Assembly (NCBI GenBank): GCA_012862495.1
Contig: BLSG01000217.1
Span: forward strand, 23,784-81,197
Length of the DNA stretch: 57,414 nt
Direction: 5' to 3'
Source of the DNA: Thraustochytrium aureum
Taxonomy: Eukaryota
A program made the translations under genes and the position numbers. How positions within the stretch are numbered: position 1 is the stretch's first letter; every line of letters begins with the position of its first letter. Positions 26,701 through 37,247 of this stretch are shown here, piece after piece. The notes under the pieces were generated by a model. The model worked only from the letters and a program-made list of their open reading frames with translations. It was not told the DNA's origin and did not search any database.

Positions 26701-29153
26701 GGGTGCATCGAGGAGGCACTCGCCGCACGATGGGCCTTTGTCTTTGCTGTCCGAAACGAGCGACCAGCGGTGCCCGAAGCTGCCCCAGCACCGTGCGTCG
26801 AGTATGCTACAGCGGAGCCGAGGCTTGCAGAGGGGTCCCTTGCATAGTCGTGTTGCGCCGCAGCGACTTTATGTCCTTCAGCGCCACCGTAATGATAGCG
26901 CGCGTCGGTTGCGCGAAGAGTTGGGTCATTCGCGTCGACGGACGAAGCATAGCCGTCTTCGTCTGCCTCTGCCTCGTCGTCTTCGTCGAGGTCCTCGCCA
27001 GTGTCATAGGAGGTTCGCCTGGCATCTGCCCCGAAATAGGAGCTTCGAGGCGCGTTTTTGCCTGACGTGTCGGCTCCGGACGAGCCTCGGACGAGGTTAA
27101 TCAGCGGGTTCATGACATCGAGCGAGTTCCTTCGCGCCGGCTGGGCGCTTTGATGGGCGCCGCTTTGGCCGCTTGCCTCTCTATTGATTGTGCTTGACGC
27201 ACGGGACTGCGCCTCTGCCGTGGCGGCAACGTCGACATGGTTTGTTTGTGATGTCCCAGAAGAGCTCTCAGCGCGAAACAGCTCCCGGAAAAAGCCACTC
27301 ACAGCGCGGCGGGAGTTGAAGAAGAGGTCCTGGCTGTCTCCGAACAACCCTCCTGCCTGGGGTCTGAAAGCAAGAGCCTCTTCGCCCACGAACTGAGGGT
27401 TGCTGAGAAGCTTGACACGCACCTGCTTCCAAACGATGCGGTTGGTGATGCGGTAGCGATCCAAGTCGTAGTTGCCGGCTGACTCCAAAAGGGGTTCGAA
27501 GTAGTGGACCCCGTAGCCCTCTTTTGCGTGGACCACGATGGTGGTCTCCAAGCTCGGGTCCGAGATGTAAACGCACGCCTGACTCAGCTCCACCTTGCTT
27601 ATCGGGAAAACCTGGTAGAACCAAGGCACAGCGTGCAGGTCCGCCTCGAGATCATCGCCCACCTCATCTCCGATATCGTAGTCCTCGCCTTCGTTGTCCG
27701 TGGTCGAGTCCGCGTCAACTGCAGCGCCGGGCCAATTCTGCATCTCAGGCTTTGGTCTGCGGTGACCGCGCTGCGCCCGACCGCCATCTTCCTCATCATC
27801 GTCTCCAACTTCGTAATGCTCCACCTGAGGGTCAACCGGCTTTCGGCAGCACCGGAAGCAACAAAAGCAGGCGGAAAAGGCACGCCAAAGTGCGCGCTTG
27901 AAGCGGGAGCAGCGCGTTGCGCGACGATGCTTCGACGCTTTCCTCGCACGGCCGCTCTCAAGGTCCTCTTCCACGGAAACGTCCCTGCTGTTCGTGGCAT
28001 TCAGATCCGCGTCATTTCCCGATTGGCGACCCGGTGCTCCGGCGGCCGCGGCCGCAACAGATGAAAGAGCGCCCAGGTAGATCTTTTCGATCTCCGTGAA
28101 CTTGTCAGCGTTGTTGAAAATGCTAAGCTCGACCCCCGAGAGGAAGGTAGACATGCGGTACTCCAGGGGACCAAGGCTGCCGTTCTTGGTCCCGGCGGAA
28201 GTATTCACTCCCGCGGCGCTCCGAGCGCGAGCTCCACCGTTTTGGTTGCCGCTCTCTGGCTCGTCCGGGTTTTCGAGGTCAGCGAACGAATGGACTCCAG
28301 TTCCGTTTGGCCTGTCGGGGCCGTGCATCGTTGACTTGGCTCGTCCGTTCGATCTCGTTGGTGTGGCGGGTTTCGACGGGTTGCTCTCGGTATTGCCCGC
28401 CTCGGACAGAATTTGAGGGCTGCGTAGAATACTCTCCGACGCGAGCCACCATAAAATTGACGCCCCTCCTTCTACAATGCGCAGGTGCACGTTTGCGGAA
28501 ACGTATTCGAGTTCCTCGAAGCTTATCTTGCCACCGTTCAGGGCGAGCCGCATCGAACTCATGCGAATCGCGCCAGCGTTCGGGTTTCGCTTGCTGGGCT
28601 TGAGAACGAACGAGTTGATCAGCCGGCAAACGATCATCGCTGTAATCGCAGGAGAAAACCGCGCGATGGCGATTATCGTGAGCCCAAGGAGGCAATTCCA
28701 AAAGAGGTACCCATACGGCAAGGTATCCTGGCCCCAGTAGATGTCGGCAAACGTTTGCCAGAAACTCTGCGGTTCGCAGATCTGAACTCCCGAGGCCAGT
28801 GTGCGGAGGTTGCAGCTCTCGGGGCATCCGAACGGTTCGCTGATGGAGTAGTCCAGCTGTATGTCGCACTCGTCGCCGCGGTCCGAGATAGCGCGGCACG
28901 AGCTTTTGAGCTCGCCTTCCAGCCACTCACATGAGCTAGAGGCCTTGCAAGCCTGGACGTCGAGTAAGGTACAGTTGCTCGCCGAGCCTGTCAGCTGGCC
29001 AAGTGCGACCACCGGGCCGTGTGCAGCTGCGGCGATTGCTCCTGCGCAACCGAGGACGACCGCCCACCCCGACACGCGCTTGTTCGCCCTTGTCGCACGC
29101 CGAGCGGTTTCGCGACCCCCCGCGACGTCAACGTCGCCCGCCTTCGCCGCCAT
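8729..29153 (-). CDS. BLTP1: Giant bridge-like lipid transfer protein, BLTP1/KIAA1109/Tweek/Csf1 family (about 6,800 codons), broken by at least 6 frame breaks and one gap
   Basis: Seven abutting or overlapping minus-strand ORFs: 19596-29153, 18007-19737, 15410-17980, 15135-15548, 11855-15142, 8958-12119, 8729-9208. An N-terminal TM is followed by GGKISFEELEY...RIVEGGASILWW, LSGVELSIFN, TYGPWADHHR and YPNVWNAKQEWTF, matching the family N-terminus as I recall it (YGPWADRQR, YPxxWN). The C-terminal PQVSVMGDA...NKEKLPEKLH resembles the Csf1 C-terminus. Confidence 0.82.
20225..20525 (-). repeat. Poly-Ser low-complexity coding tract inside the BLTP1-like gene
   Basis: Encodes SSSSGSSSSSRSSSSSSSSSSS and DSSSSSSSSSSSSSSTSS. 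Confidence 0.85.
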
Positions 29154-30078
29154 ATCGTTTCGTGACGCGGACCGACCCGTGGGCCGTCCCTCGCCCGGCG
29201 CAGTCCGGGGAGACCGCAGAGCAAGTGCCGTTCTTCGTGACGTGCAACTCTGCAGCGGCGAGCGAGATTTCTTCCACGTTTCTGCCTATTTTCGAGGCCG
29301 CAGCGCCTGCCCTCGTTCCCTTGGAGACTGTACGGCCAGCCCTGCTCGGCAAAAGAGCGCGCGCAACAGCCCGCCCCCTCCGCCTCCGAGCCTGCGTGCT
29401 TACTGTTCGTGGGTCAACCCGATTATTCGGCCCAATTCCTGAGGCTCAATGATCGGTCAAGAGCATCAAGGACCGTCCTCCGAGTGGTTGCTCTCGAGAT
29501 GCTCGCTCGCTCGCACGAGGACAGCGCGCTCGTGTCTCTGTTGTGGCGCGGCTGGTCTTGCGAATCTCTCTTCGGGGGCGCGAGTCGCTTGTTCTCGGAG
29601 GATGCTTGGTTTCGCGCCGCGATTCGTGCTGGCAGGAATCAAGCCAGCCAGGTTGAGCTTGCGTTTCCTTTCTCGGATCCCGAAGCCCCCAAGACCGAAC
29701 GGCAGGCGTGGATGGAGACCACGACCGACCGCTGACAGCGCCAAGCAGTTGACGCATTGCTGCGCCTTGCAGGTTTCACTCGAAACGGAAGTGAAAGCGC
29801 GCCGCTGGAGTAAGTAGGTCGTTGCTGCCCATGCCCTCCAAATGGACTCCTCGATCCCCGCAACGACAGGTGCGGCGGAGGCCGCGTCGACCGCGGGCTC
29901 GATGCCACCGTACTAGCTGTAGAGGAGGCCCAGCACCCAGATCGTCGCGCCGCCTTCGACCTCCGCGGAACAGAGTGCATCCCACGAGGGTTTGTCGAGC
30001 AGTTCAGAACAACACGGCCACCTCCAGGCGCATGTGTAACGGTAAGGTTGAGCGGATGCAAGAATTGGAAGACGAGCA

Positions 30079-30163
30079 GAACAACAACAACAACAACAAC
30101 AACAGAAGCGAAACGCAGCGGCAACAGCAGCAGCAGCTGCAGCAGCAGCAGCAGCAGCAGCAG
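30079..30163. repeat. (AAC)n and (CAG)n trinucleotide microsatellites next to a gap
   Basis: aacaacaacaac... followed by cagcagcag..., upstream of IFT70. Confidence 0.9.
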
Positions 30164-30418
30164 CGAAGGCTTGAGTGGCGTGGAGANNNNNNNNNNNNNN
30201 NNNNNNNNNNNNNNNNNNNNNNNNNNNNNNNNNNNNNNNNNNNNNNNNNNNNNNNNNNNNNNNNNNNNNNNNNNNNNNNNNNNNNNNNNNNNNNNNGTCC
30301 TTCGCAGCAGACTGGCTGCCGTTGGTTTTGCTTTGGTACGTGGGTGACTGCCGTGGACTCTCTTTGCGCGCAGAGCGGGCAAGCGCGGGCAAGCAAAGTC
30401 CAGGGCCGGCGAGCGGAA

Positions 30419-32422
30419 ATGATGACTGCGGCAGGGCTACGCACGTCTCACGGCGGGGGCGGGCCGGTCGCGTTCGGGAATCAGATTGCCGAGGGGAACG
30501 CCACAGAGGTCATCTACGGGCTGCTCAAAGAAGAAAAGTACGCCGAGGTGATCGGCAAGCTGCAGGTGGAGCTGCAAAACTTCCCCCGGAGCCGGGCAGC
30601 GCTCTCGCTGCTGGCGTACAGCTACTACATGGCACAAAACTTTGTGGAGGCGGTCCGGTGCTACGAGCAGCTCGTCAAGCTCTTCCCAGAAGTGAGCGAG
30701 TACAAGCTGTACTTTGCGCAGGCACTGTACAAGGCCGGTCTGCTCGACGAAGCGATCCGGGCCTGCAACCAGATCTCCGACCCACAGCTGGAGCAACGCG
30801 TCACGTCGCTGCAAGCAAACATCAAATACGAGCAGAATGACCTTCGCGGCTGCGAGGCGCTGGCAGACCAGTGCCTTCCCGACGAACCCAGCACTTTGAT
30901 CGCGTACGCTTGCATCGCCTACAAGGAGGGCAAATTTGACGAGGCGCGCGCCAAGTTCAACGACGCGCTCAATGCAACCGGCTTCGACGCCCAGATCGCC
31001 TACAGCATCGCGCTCTGCCACTACGAGCAGGGCCAGTTCGGCGCGGCGCTCAAACTACTGGCCGAGATCATCGAGCGCGGCGTACGCGAGCACCCCGAGC
31101 TCGCCGTAGGGTCAAACACGGGCGAGGGGCTCGACGTGCGCAGCGTGGGCAATTCGCAGCTGCTTCGTGAGAGTGCGCTTATCGAGGCGTTCAACCTCAA
31201 GGCAGCGATCGAGTTCCAGATGAAACCGTCCGGGAATCTGGACGCCGCCCGCGAGGCGCTGCAGGACATGCCACCTCGCAGCGAAGAGGAGCTCGACCCT
31301 GTCACGCTGCACAACCAGGCGCTCATGTGCGACGTCGAGAAGAACTTTTCCGCTGCGACGCGCAAGCTGGCGTTTTTGCTGGGCAACCCGCCCACCCCGG
31401 AGCCCACGTTCGGCAACCTGCTCCTCCTTTATGTCAAGTACAGGTACTTTGATTTGGCAGCCGACGTCCTGGCGGAGAACGCGCACCTCTCGTTCTCGTG
31501 CCTCTCCCCGGAGCTGTACGAATTCATCGACGCGTGTCTCTCCGTCGAGACAGACCCCGCGGTGGCGTACCAAAAACTGGAAGAGCTCTCCAAGAAGCAT
31601 ATCGACGAGCTGCGCAAACACACCAAGCAGATCCAGGACAGCCGCGTCTCGCGCGAGAACGACGCGGTCAAGGTGGCGCTCGCCGAGTACGACGCCGCTC
31701 TGGAGCGCTACATCCCGGTGCTGATGGCCCAGGCGCGCATCTACTGGGACAAGGAGAACTACGCCCAGGTCGAAAAGATCTTTCGGGCCAGTTCCGAATT
31801 TGCCAGCGAGCATTCCACCTGGCGCCTCAACGTGGCCCACGTGTTTTTCCTGCAGGGCAAGTACAAGCAAGCCCTTCACTACTACACGCCGATCATCGAC
31901 AAGACCGAGCAGATCCTCGACGTCACCGCCATCGTGCTCGCCAACGCCTGCGTGTCGTATATAATGACTAGCCAGAACGAAAAGGCAGAGGAGCTCATGC
32001 GCCGCATCGAGAAGGAGGAGGAGCGCGTCGCCTACGACGAGCCGGACCGCCAGTGCTTTCACCTCTGTATTGTCAACCTCGTCATTGGCACTTTGTACTG
32101 CGCCAAGGGCAACTACGAGTTTGGCATTTCCCGCATTATGAAGAGCCTCGAGCCGTACGAGAAAAAGCTCGGCACAGACACGTGGTACTATGCCAAGCGC
32201 TGTTTTCTCGCGCTGGCAGAGATGCTCGCCAAACACATGCTCCTGCTGCCAGACGCCACCATGCACGAGATTCTCGCGTTCCTCGAGGCGGCAGACCGTC
32301 ACGGCAAGTCTATTCTCACTGTCATTCACAGCGGGCCGGAGACGGAGGTCGACCCTGCCGTGCACAACGTGTCGCACGAGGCGCGGGAGATCAAAAGGCT
32401 TTACTTGCGCCTCATGGACTAG
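30419..32422 (+). CDS. IFT70: Intraflagellar transport protein IFT70 (TTC30/fleer/DYF-1), TPR protein
   Basis: SRAALSLLAYSYY, IIERGVREHPELAVGS, SALIEAFNLKAAIE, DMPPRSEEELDPVTLHNQAL, YIPVLMAQA, HLCIVNLVIGTLYCAKGNYEFGISR, KKLGTDTWYYAKRC. ATG at 30419. Confidence 0.95.
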   Translation: MMTAAGLRTSHGGGGPVAFGNQIAEGNATEVIYGLLKEEKYAEVIGKLQVELQNFPRSRAALSLLAYSYYMAQNFVEAVRCYEQLVKLFPEVSEYKLYFAQALYKAGLLDEAIRACNQISDPQLEQRVTSLQANIKYEQNDLRGCEALADQCLPDEPSTLIAYACIAYKEGKFDEARAKFNDALNATGFDAQIAYSIALCHYEQGQFGAALKLLAEIIERGVREHPELAVGSNTGEGLDVRSVGNSQLLRESALIEAFNLKAAIEFQMKPSGNLDAAREALQDMPPRSEEELDPVTLHNQALMCDVEKNFSAATRKLAFLLGNPPTPEPTFGNLLLLYVKYRYFDLAADVLAENAHLSFSCLSPELYEFIDACLSVETDPAVAYQKLEELSKKHIDELRKHTKQIQDSRVSRENDAVKVALAEYDAALERYIPVLMAQARIYWDKENYAQVEKIFRASSEFASEHSTWRLNVAHVFFLQGKYKQALHYYTPIIDKTEQILDVTAIVLANACVSYIMTSQNEKAEELMRRIEKEEERVAYDEPDRQCFHLCIVNLVIGTLYCAKGNYEFGISRIMKSLEPYEKKLGTDTWYYAKRCFLALAEMLAKHMLLLPDATMHEILAFLEAADRHGKSILTVIHSGPETEVDPAVHNVSHEAREIKRLYLRLMD

Positions 32423-32727
32423 CTAGAGTTGCGCTGGCTCAAGGCTCCACTAGCAGCGAGAGCGAGGTAGAGGCGGCCTTTTAGGGACCCCGCGACGGCC
32501 GCGCGAGGCGCCGTGCGGGCGGCGGTCGGAGGGCGCGCTTCGGCGGCGGCGGGCAGCGCCTCGACCCACACCTTGCTTGCTCACCCAACCCGAAAACGAA
32601 TCGATCTACACATCCATAGACAGACAAATGACCTCCATCGCGGCGCCCGCAGCGGGCTGTCTCGCCCGCGCCGCCGACGGGGACCGGCCCGCATTCGACC
32701 CGAGCCTCCGAAGCGCAAAGCAAGTCT

Positions 32728-33043
32728 CATCTTCAATGAAAAATCAAGAAAGTTGCAAAACAAACAAAAANNNNNNNNNNNNNNNNNNNNNNNNNNNNNN
32801 NNNNNNNNNNNNNNNNNNNNNNNNNNNNNNNNNNNNNNNNNNNNNNNNNNNNNNNNNNNNNNNNNNNNNNNNNNNNNNNNNNNNNNNNNNNNNNNNNNNN
32901 NNNNNNNNNNNNNNNNNNNNNNNNNNNNNNNNNNNNNNNNNNNNNNNNNNNNNNNNNNNNNNNNNNNNNNNNNNNNNNNNNNNNNNNNNNNNNNNNNNNN
33001 NNNNNNATCTTCAAAATCAAGAAAGTTGCAAAACAGACAAAAA
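32728..33043. repeat. Near-identical ~40-bp AT-rich direct repeat on both sides of gap 32771-33006
   Basis: atcttcaatgaaaaatcaagaaagttgcaaaacaaacaaaaa versus atcttcaaaatcaagaaagttgcaaaacagacaaaaa. Confidence 0.8.
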
Positions 33044-33316
33044 CAGCGGCCTGCTCGCGGCTTCCTCGAGGCTCCTTCTGTTCGCTCGTTCGTCGTGCGC
33101 CATTGGTGGCAGGAAGGAGGCAGGCAGGAGCACGAAACGAGAGGCGCGAGAGCAGACCTCTGTCGCCGGCGTGAAGCGCACCACGAGCGAGCGAGACAGC
33201 ACGGAGCAGCAAGAGGAGCACGGGCCGTTGTCGCTGCCTGCGAAGGATTGGCGGTGGACTGGTGGGCGGGGCGGGTCTCGGTGTTTTGGTTTGGTTGCTC
33301 GAAGCGAGTCGGGAGA

Positions 33317-34261
33317 ATGTTTGCTGCTCGAAATGTCGCTCGGCGATGCGCCCTGCAGAGCCTCGCCGGGCGCCGTGCACCTGTAGCGCAAGCCAGGGAG
33401 GCCGCGCGGGGACGCGTTGGGAAGGAAAGCGGGCGCAGGCTGCTGAGCGAGCAAGCCGGAGGTGCCAAGAAAGGCAACGGGGCGATGCAAGAGGCCGCCG
33501 AGGGCGCCCCTCCACCGACGACGATCACGTTCCAGCAAGGCGCCAAGGCGGCGACGACCGGAGCTGTTTGGATCGGGATTGCCGCTCTGGTGGGCGTTTC
33601 GGGGTTTTACATCGCCCGCGAGCTGATGCCGACGAGTATGTCGCCCAACACGGTCTTCAACAATGCTTTCGCTCTTCTGCGCGACCATCCGGAAATCGTG
33701 TCGCGGCTTGGGGACAATATCAAGGGCTACGGCGGGGACTACAACCGACGCAAAGAGGGCCGTCGCAACTTTGTGGAGCATGACACCTACAAGGACCTCG
33801 ACGGAGTCAAGCGGATTCGCGTCAAGTTCAACATGGAGGGCTCGCGAGGGCGCGCAACTATCTACGCCGAGGTCGCTGAGAACATGCCCAAGGGCGAGTT
33901 CGCCTACATTATCATCGAGCAGATGAACCACGGACGCCCTGAGGCGGTTGCGCTCTTTGACAACCGACCGCACTACACGCGTGGCGAGCTTCAAGAGAAG
34001 ATCGTGGACCGACTCATCAAGGCGGGCACCACGCTGTTTGGGCTTACCAACTGCCCCTGGACGCAGCGCCAGCTCTTGGAGCTTGGTGAATACTCGGAGA
34101 AGCTCACCGTGATCATGTGCGACAAGGACGAGAACAAAAAGTACTGCGACGATGCCGAGAAGGCCGGCTTGCAGGGGTTTCCGACCTGGCAGATCGGCGG
34201 CGAGATGGTTCCGAGCTTTCATCGCCTTGAAGACCTCCAGACGATCTGCTTGCAACTGTAA
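33317..34261 (+). CDS. TIM21: Mitochondrial import subunit Tim21-like protein with a C-terminal thioredoxin-like domain
   Basis: Arg-rich presequence MFAARNVARRCALQSLAGRR, one TM (AVWIGIAALVGVSGFYIA), then ELMPTSMSPNTVFNNAFALLRDHPEIVSRLGDNIKGYG...RIRVKFNMEGSRGRATIYAEV (Tim21 pattern). Extra C-terminal LFGLTNCPWT...GFPTWQIGG. Confidence 0.85.
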   Translation: MFAARNVARRCALQSLAGRRAPVAQAREAARGRVGKESGRRLLSEQAGGAKKGNGAMQEAAEGAPPPTTITFQQGAKAATTGAVWIGIAALVGVSGFYIARELMPTSMSPNTVFNNAFALLRDHPEIVSRLGDNIKGYGGDYNRRKEGRRNFVEHDTYKDLDGVKRIRVKFNMEGSRGRATIYAEVAENMPKGEFAYIIIEQMNHGRPEAVALFDNRPHYTRGELQEKIVDRLIKAGTTLFGLTNCPWTQRQLLELGEYSEKLTVIMCDKDENKKYCDDAEKAGLQGFPTWQIGGEMVPSFHRLEDLQTICLQL

Positions 34262-34775
34262 AAGAGCACGATTATTTTTTCGTTCGCCTGCAAGGGATGC
34301 ATTTGTTGTGCGTTGTCTGGGATGGAGGGGCTCCTGGCGCTTCACGCCGAACGCCCAGCCCCGCAGCGTTGGCTGCGCGCCATCGTGGGGCCCACGCCGC
34401 GTGCGGCCAGAGCCGCTTGTGTATTTTGTCGCCCTCTCTGTCGCGAGCGCTTTGCAGAGAGCCAAGCCAGCCGGCCATCATCGGTTAGGCGCTGGAAACA
34501 GCAACGAGTTCGCTCATCAGCGCCGTGAGCGGGACTGCCCCGTCGGCCTCGGCCCGTCCTCACGCCGCAGGCCACACACCGCAGTAGAGCTGCTCTTTTT
34601 TATTATAAACTTTAAAACAAGAGAAGGGCATGGGCATGGCATGCCCTGCGCGTTGACCCCGCAGGGACAGGCGAGCAGCTTCGCGCGCGCTGGGCGCCCC
34701 ACCTATGGGTAACCGCAATTTGTATTGTTGGGGGGCTCAGCGGTCTGCCCGCGAGTTCGGCAGCTAGATGGCACT

Positions 34776-36452
34776 TCATCTCCAGCTCACAGGACGGTCG
34801 AGAGGCTGACGAACGCTCGAGTCGCCAGCGCGCCACAAGTGAGACCAAGCACTAGGAGCATTGGGTCGAGGGACTTCAGCCGGCAAGATTTTTGAGTTCC
34901 CTTGCCGTTTGCCTGACTCGCGGTTCGCAATTTTTGCCAGTTTCTGTTCTTGCGGAATGTGCGCATCCGCCGTGAGCAGGATCCTCTTCAAGTGCTGCGA
35001 TTTAGATTGCGAATTCAGGTCCGGGGCGTACTCTAGAACAACGTTGAAGAGCTGGTTGTAGATCCACGCGAGTCGCACGCGCGCGGTCGAGCTGAGAACG
35101 TACTTCGTGACGCCTGGCTTTTGTTCGTAAGCAACATACGCCACCTCCCCCGTCTCGTCCCTCCGTCCCTCCGTCGCGTCCCTCCGGTCCTCTGTCTTGC
35201 CCCTACAGACAAGCCTCAAAACATCTTTCTCGAGCTTCTCAAAAACGCCGTCCTTGGCAACGTGTTCGCCGATAATATTCTCAAACTTGACCCAGTTGAC
35301 AACCTCGTGCCTGTCGCCGTCCTCGGTGACCATTACTTCTCCAATTGAGCGCTGGTCGAACTTGAGGAGTCGGAAGATTCCGACACTGTGTCGTGGCTTT
35401 GTGAGATCGCCAAGTTTCCACTTGTCTTTCCCCGTCTCGTCGACCTTCGCTTGAATCGTGAGTGCGGAGACAGTGTCTCCCGAAAACGCATACTCCAGGT
35501 TGCGGATGCATGGGTGGTAGTAAAGTCCAGCTGCCTGCTGGCGGAGAATGTGGAGCCAAGCAAACAGCTCGGCGAACAGGAAGATCGTGCTGTGCACAGC
35601 GTAGGTCTTGTAGGGTCCGTCGTCTTGGTTGTTGTCGCGGGCCGCGAAATCGGGCAAGAACCCGTTGTTGAGAATCTGCACAATCCGGCGACCGAGTTCA
35701 AAGGCGCTCAGGCCGAGGCGAAAGTAGATGTGCTCGATGTAGTCCACCTGGCTCCTCGGGAAGAAGGCAATCTGCTCGCGCGTTTTCTTTTCAGCGTTTT
35801 TTTCAGCTGCGATCTGCTTGCGCTTTTCAGCGACGAACGAGTGCATCGTGCCGCGCAGGTCGAGCTTGTTCTGTGACGCCGCGCTACGAGCCTTGAGCGT
35901 GTTTTCCAGGAATTTGACCGTGAACTCGATTTTCGCGTTTGCCGAAACACCCTCTGTTTTGCTCGCATTCTCCGCCCTTTCCCAGCAGATGACCGCTGGG
36001 GGTTGGAGGAGCGGGAGCTCGCTTAACTTGGCGTCGATGCACTTGCCGATGCTCGCCGTGCCCTCGCCAGCGAGTATCACCACCTGGAATTTCTCTTGTC
36101 GTTGAGACATGGGGAGGAGCTCCTCCGCGAGGTACTTGGCTTCCAAGCCTACCGACCTTGCCGTTTCCGGTCTTGTTTTCGCTTGGCTTGCCGGTTTAGA
36201 GCCCCCCAGGACGTACTGCGGACGCTCGTCGCTGCCGCTAGCGTCGCCGACGATAACAAGGACGTGCTCTTTCGCGTTTCGCAGCCTGTTCAGGAACGCT
36301 TGGTAGGGGGGCGTCGCCTCGTCATCAGAGCACTCCAAGATCACCGGGGTCAAATTGGCGGTCTCCTTCAGCCCATCCACAACATTTTGGACGAGGGCGT
36401 GCTCTTTTTTCGAGAGTCCGAGAACGAGGACGTCCCACTTCTTCCCGCCCAT
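34776..36452 (-). CDS. Hypothetical protein (~558 aa), probably two domains
   Basis: Uninterrupted ORF from MGGKKWDVLVLG (ATG 36452) with globular composition and a (GCAG)n tract about 40 bp upstream. Domain guesses are in findings. Confidence 0.8.
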   Translation of the reverse strand: MGGKKWDVLVLGLSKKEHALVQNVVDGLKETANLTPVILECSDDEATPPYQAFLNRLRNAKEHVLVIVGDASGSDERPQYVLGGSKPASQAKTRPETARSVGLEAKYLAEELLPMSQRQEKFQVVILAGEGTASIGKCIDAKLSELPLLQPPAVICWERAENASKTEGVSANAKIEFTVKFLENTLKARSAASQNKLDLRGTMHSFVAEKRKQIAAEKNAEKKTREQIAFFPRSQVDYIEHIYFRLGLSAFELGRRIVQILNNGFLPDFAARDNNQDDGPYKTYAVHSTIFLFAELFAWLHILRQQAAGLYYHPCIRNLEYAFSGDTVSALTIQAKVDETGKDKWKLGDLTKPRHSVGIFRLLKFDQRSIGEVMVTEDGDRHEVVNWVKFENIIGEHVAKDGVFEKLEKDVLRLVCRGKTEDRRDATEGRRDETGEVAYVAYEQKPGVTKYVLSSTARVRLAWIYNQLFNVVLEYAPDLNSQSKSQHLKRILLTADAHIPQEQKLAKIANRESGKRQGNSKILPAEVPRPNAPSAWSHLWRAGDSSVRQPLDRPVSWR

Positions 36453-36489
36453 CGCCTCACCAACACGGCCAACGCCGCTCAGCTCTCCT

Positions 36490-36499
36490 TGCCTGCTTG

Positions 36500-36531
<32 letters not shown>

Positions 36532-36533
36532 CC
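36490..36533. repeat. (CCTG/GCAG)n tract
   Basis: gcctgcttgcctgcctgcctg... just upstream of ATG 36452. Confidence 0.9.
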
Positions 36534-37247
36534 GCCCCGTTTGGCCCCGCGCGCTCGAGCCGGCTCGCCGTTGCCCGCGCGCCCAGCTCTGCAGCCTCCG
36601 CTCGTCAGCAGCAAGCGCGCTCTGGGCGCCCGGCCACGTAGGGGATCTATCTGGCCAGCGCCTGGACTGCCTCGGGATGGCCAGCAAACCTCGCAATGGC
36701 CGGCCGCATGCCCCGGACGGCGCGGGCAACGCTCGCTCGGCCTTGCTCTAGCTAGAGCTCTCGACGGAGACAACGGTCGCGAGGCGGCGGCGCCAGGTGC
36801 CCGGCGGAGGGGCTCTTCGCGGCTCGGCGGGGCGGGGGAATCGCGCCGCTTCGTGGGCGATCGCCATCGACGAAGCCAAGTTCATACCCGCAACAGCGCC
36901 GCGGGAACGCGGCTGGGAGCTGCAGCGAAGCGCCCGGCGGGAGCGCGAAGGGCGGCGAGCGTCGGCACAGCAACGCAGAGCCGGAGTCTGCTGCGGGACG
37001 GACGGCAAGGGGNNNNNNNNNNNNNNNNNNNNNNNNNNNNNNNNNNNNNNNNNNNNNNNNNNNNNNNNNNNNNNNNNNNNNNNNNNNNNNNNNNNNNNNN
37101 NNNNNNNNNNNNNNNNNNNNNNNNNNNNNNNNNNNNNNNNNNNNNNNNNNNNNNNNNNNNNNNNNNNNNNNNNNNNNNNNNNNNNNNNNNNNNNNNNNNN
37201 NNNNNNNNNNNNNNNNNNNNNNNNNNNNNNNNNNNNNNNNNNNNNNC

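Noticed and set aside
29822..30418. Poly-N/poly-Q N-terminal extension of IFT70
   Set aside because: Non-ATG start, microsatellite-derived and crossing a gap. IFT70 similarity begins just after ATG 30419.
31112..32377. Long antisense ORFs (also 6216-7307, 10356-11501, 55132-56577)
   Set aside because: Expected shadows of high-GC3 coding strands, with no recognisable motifs.
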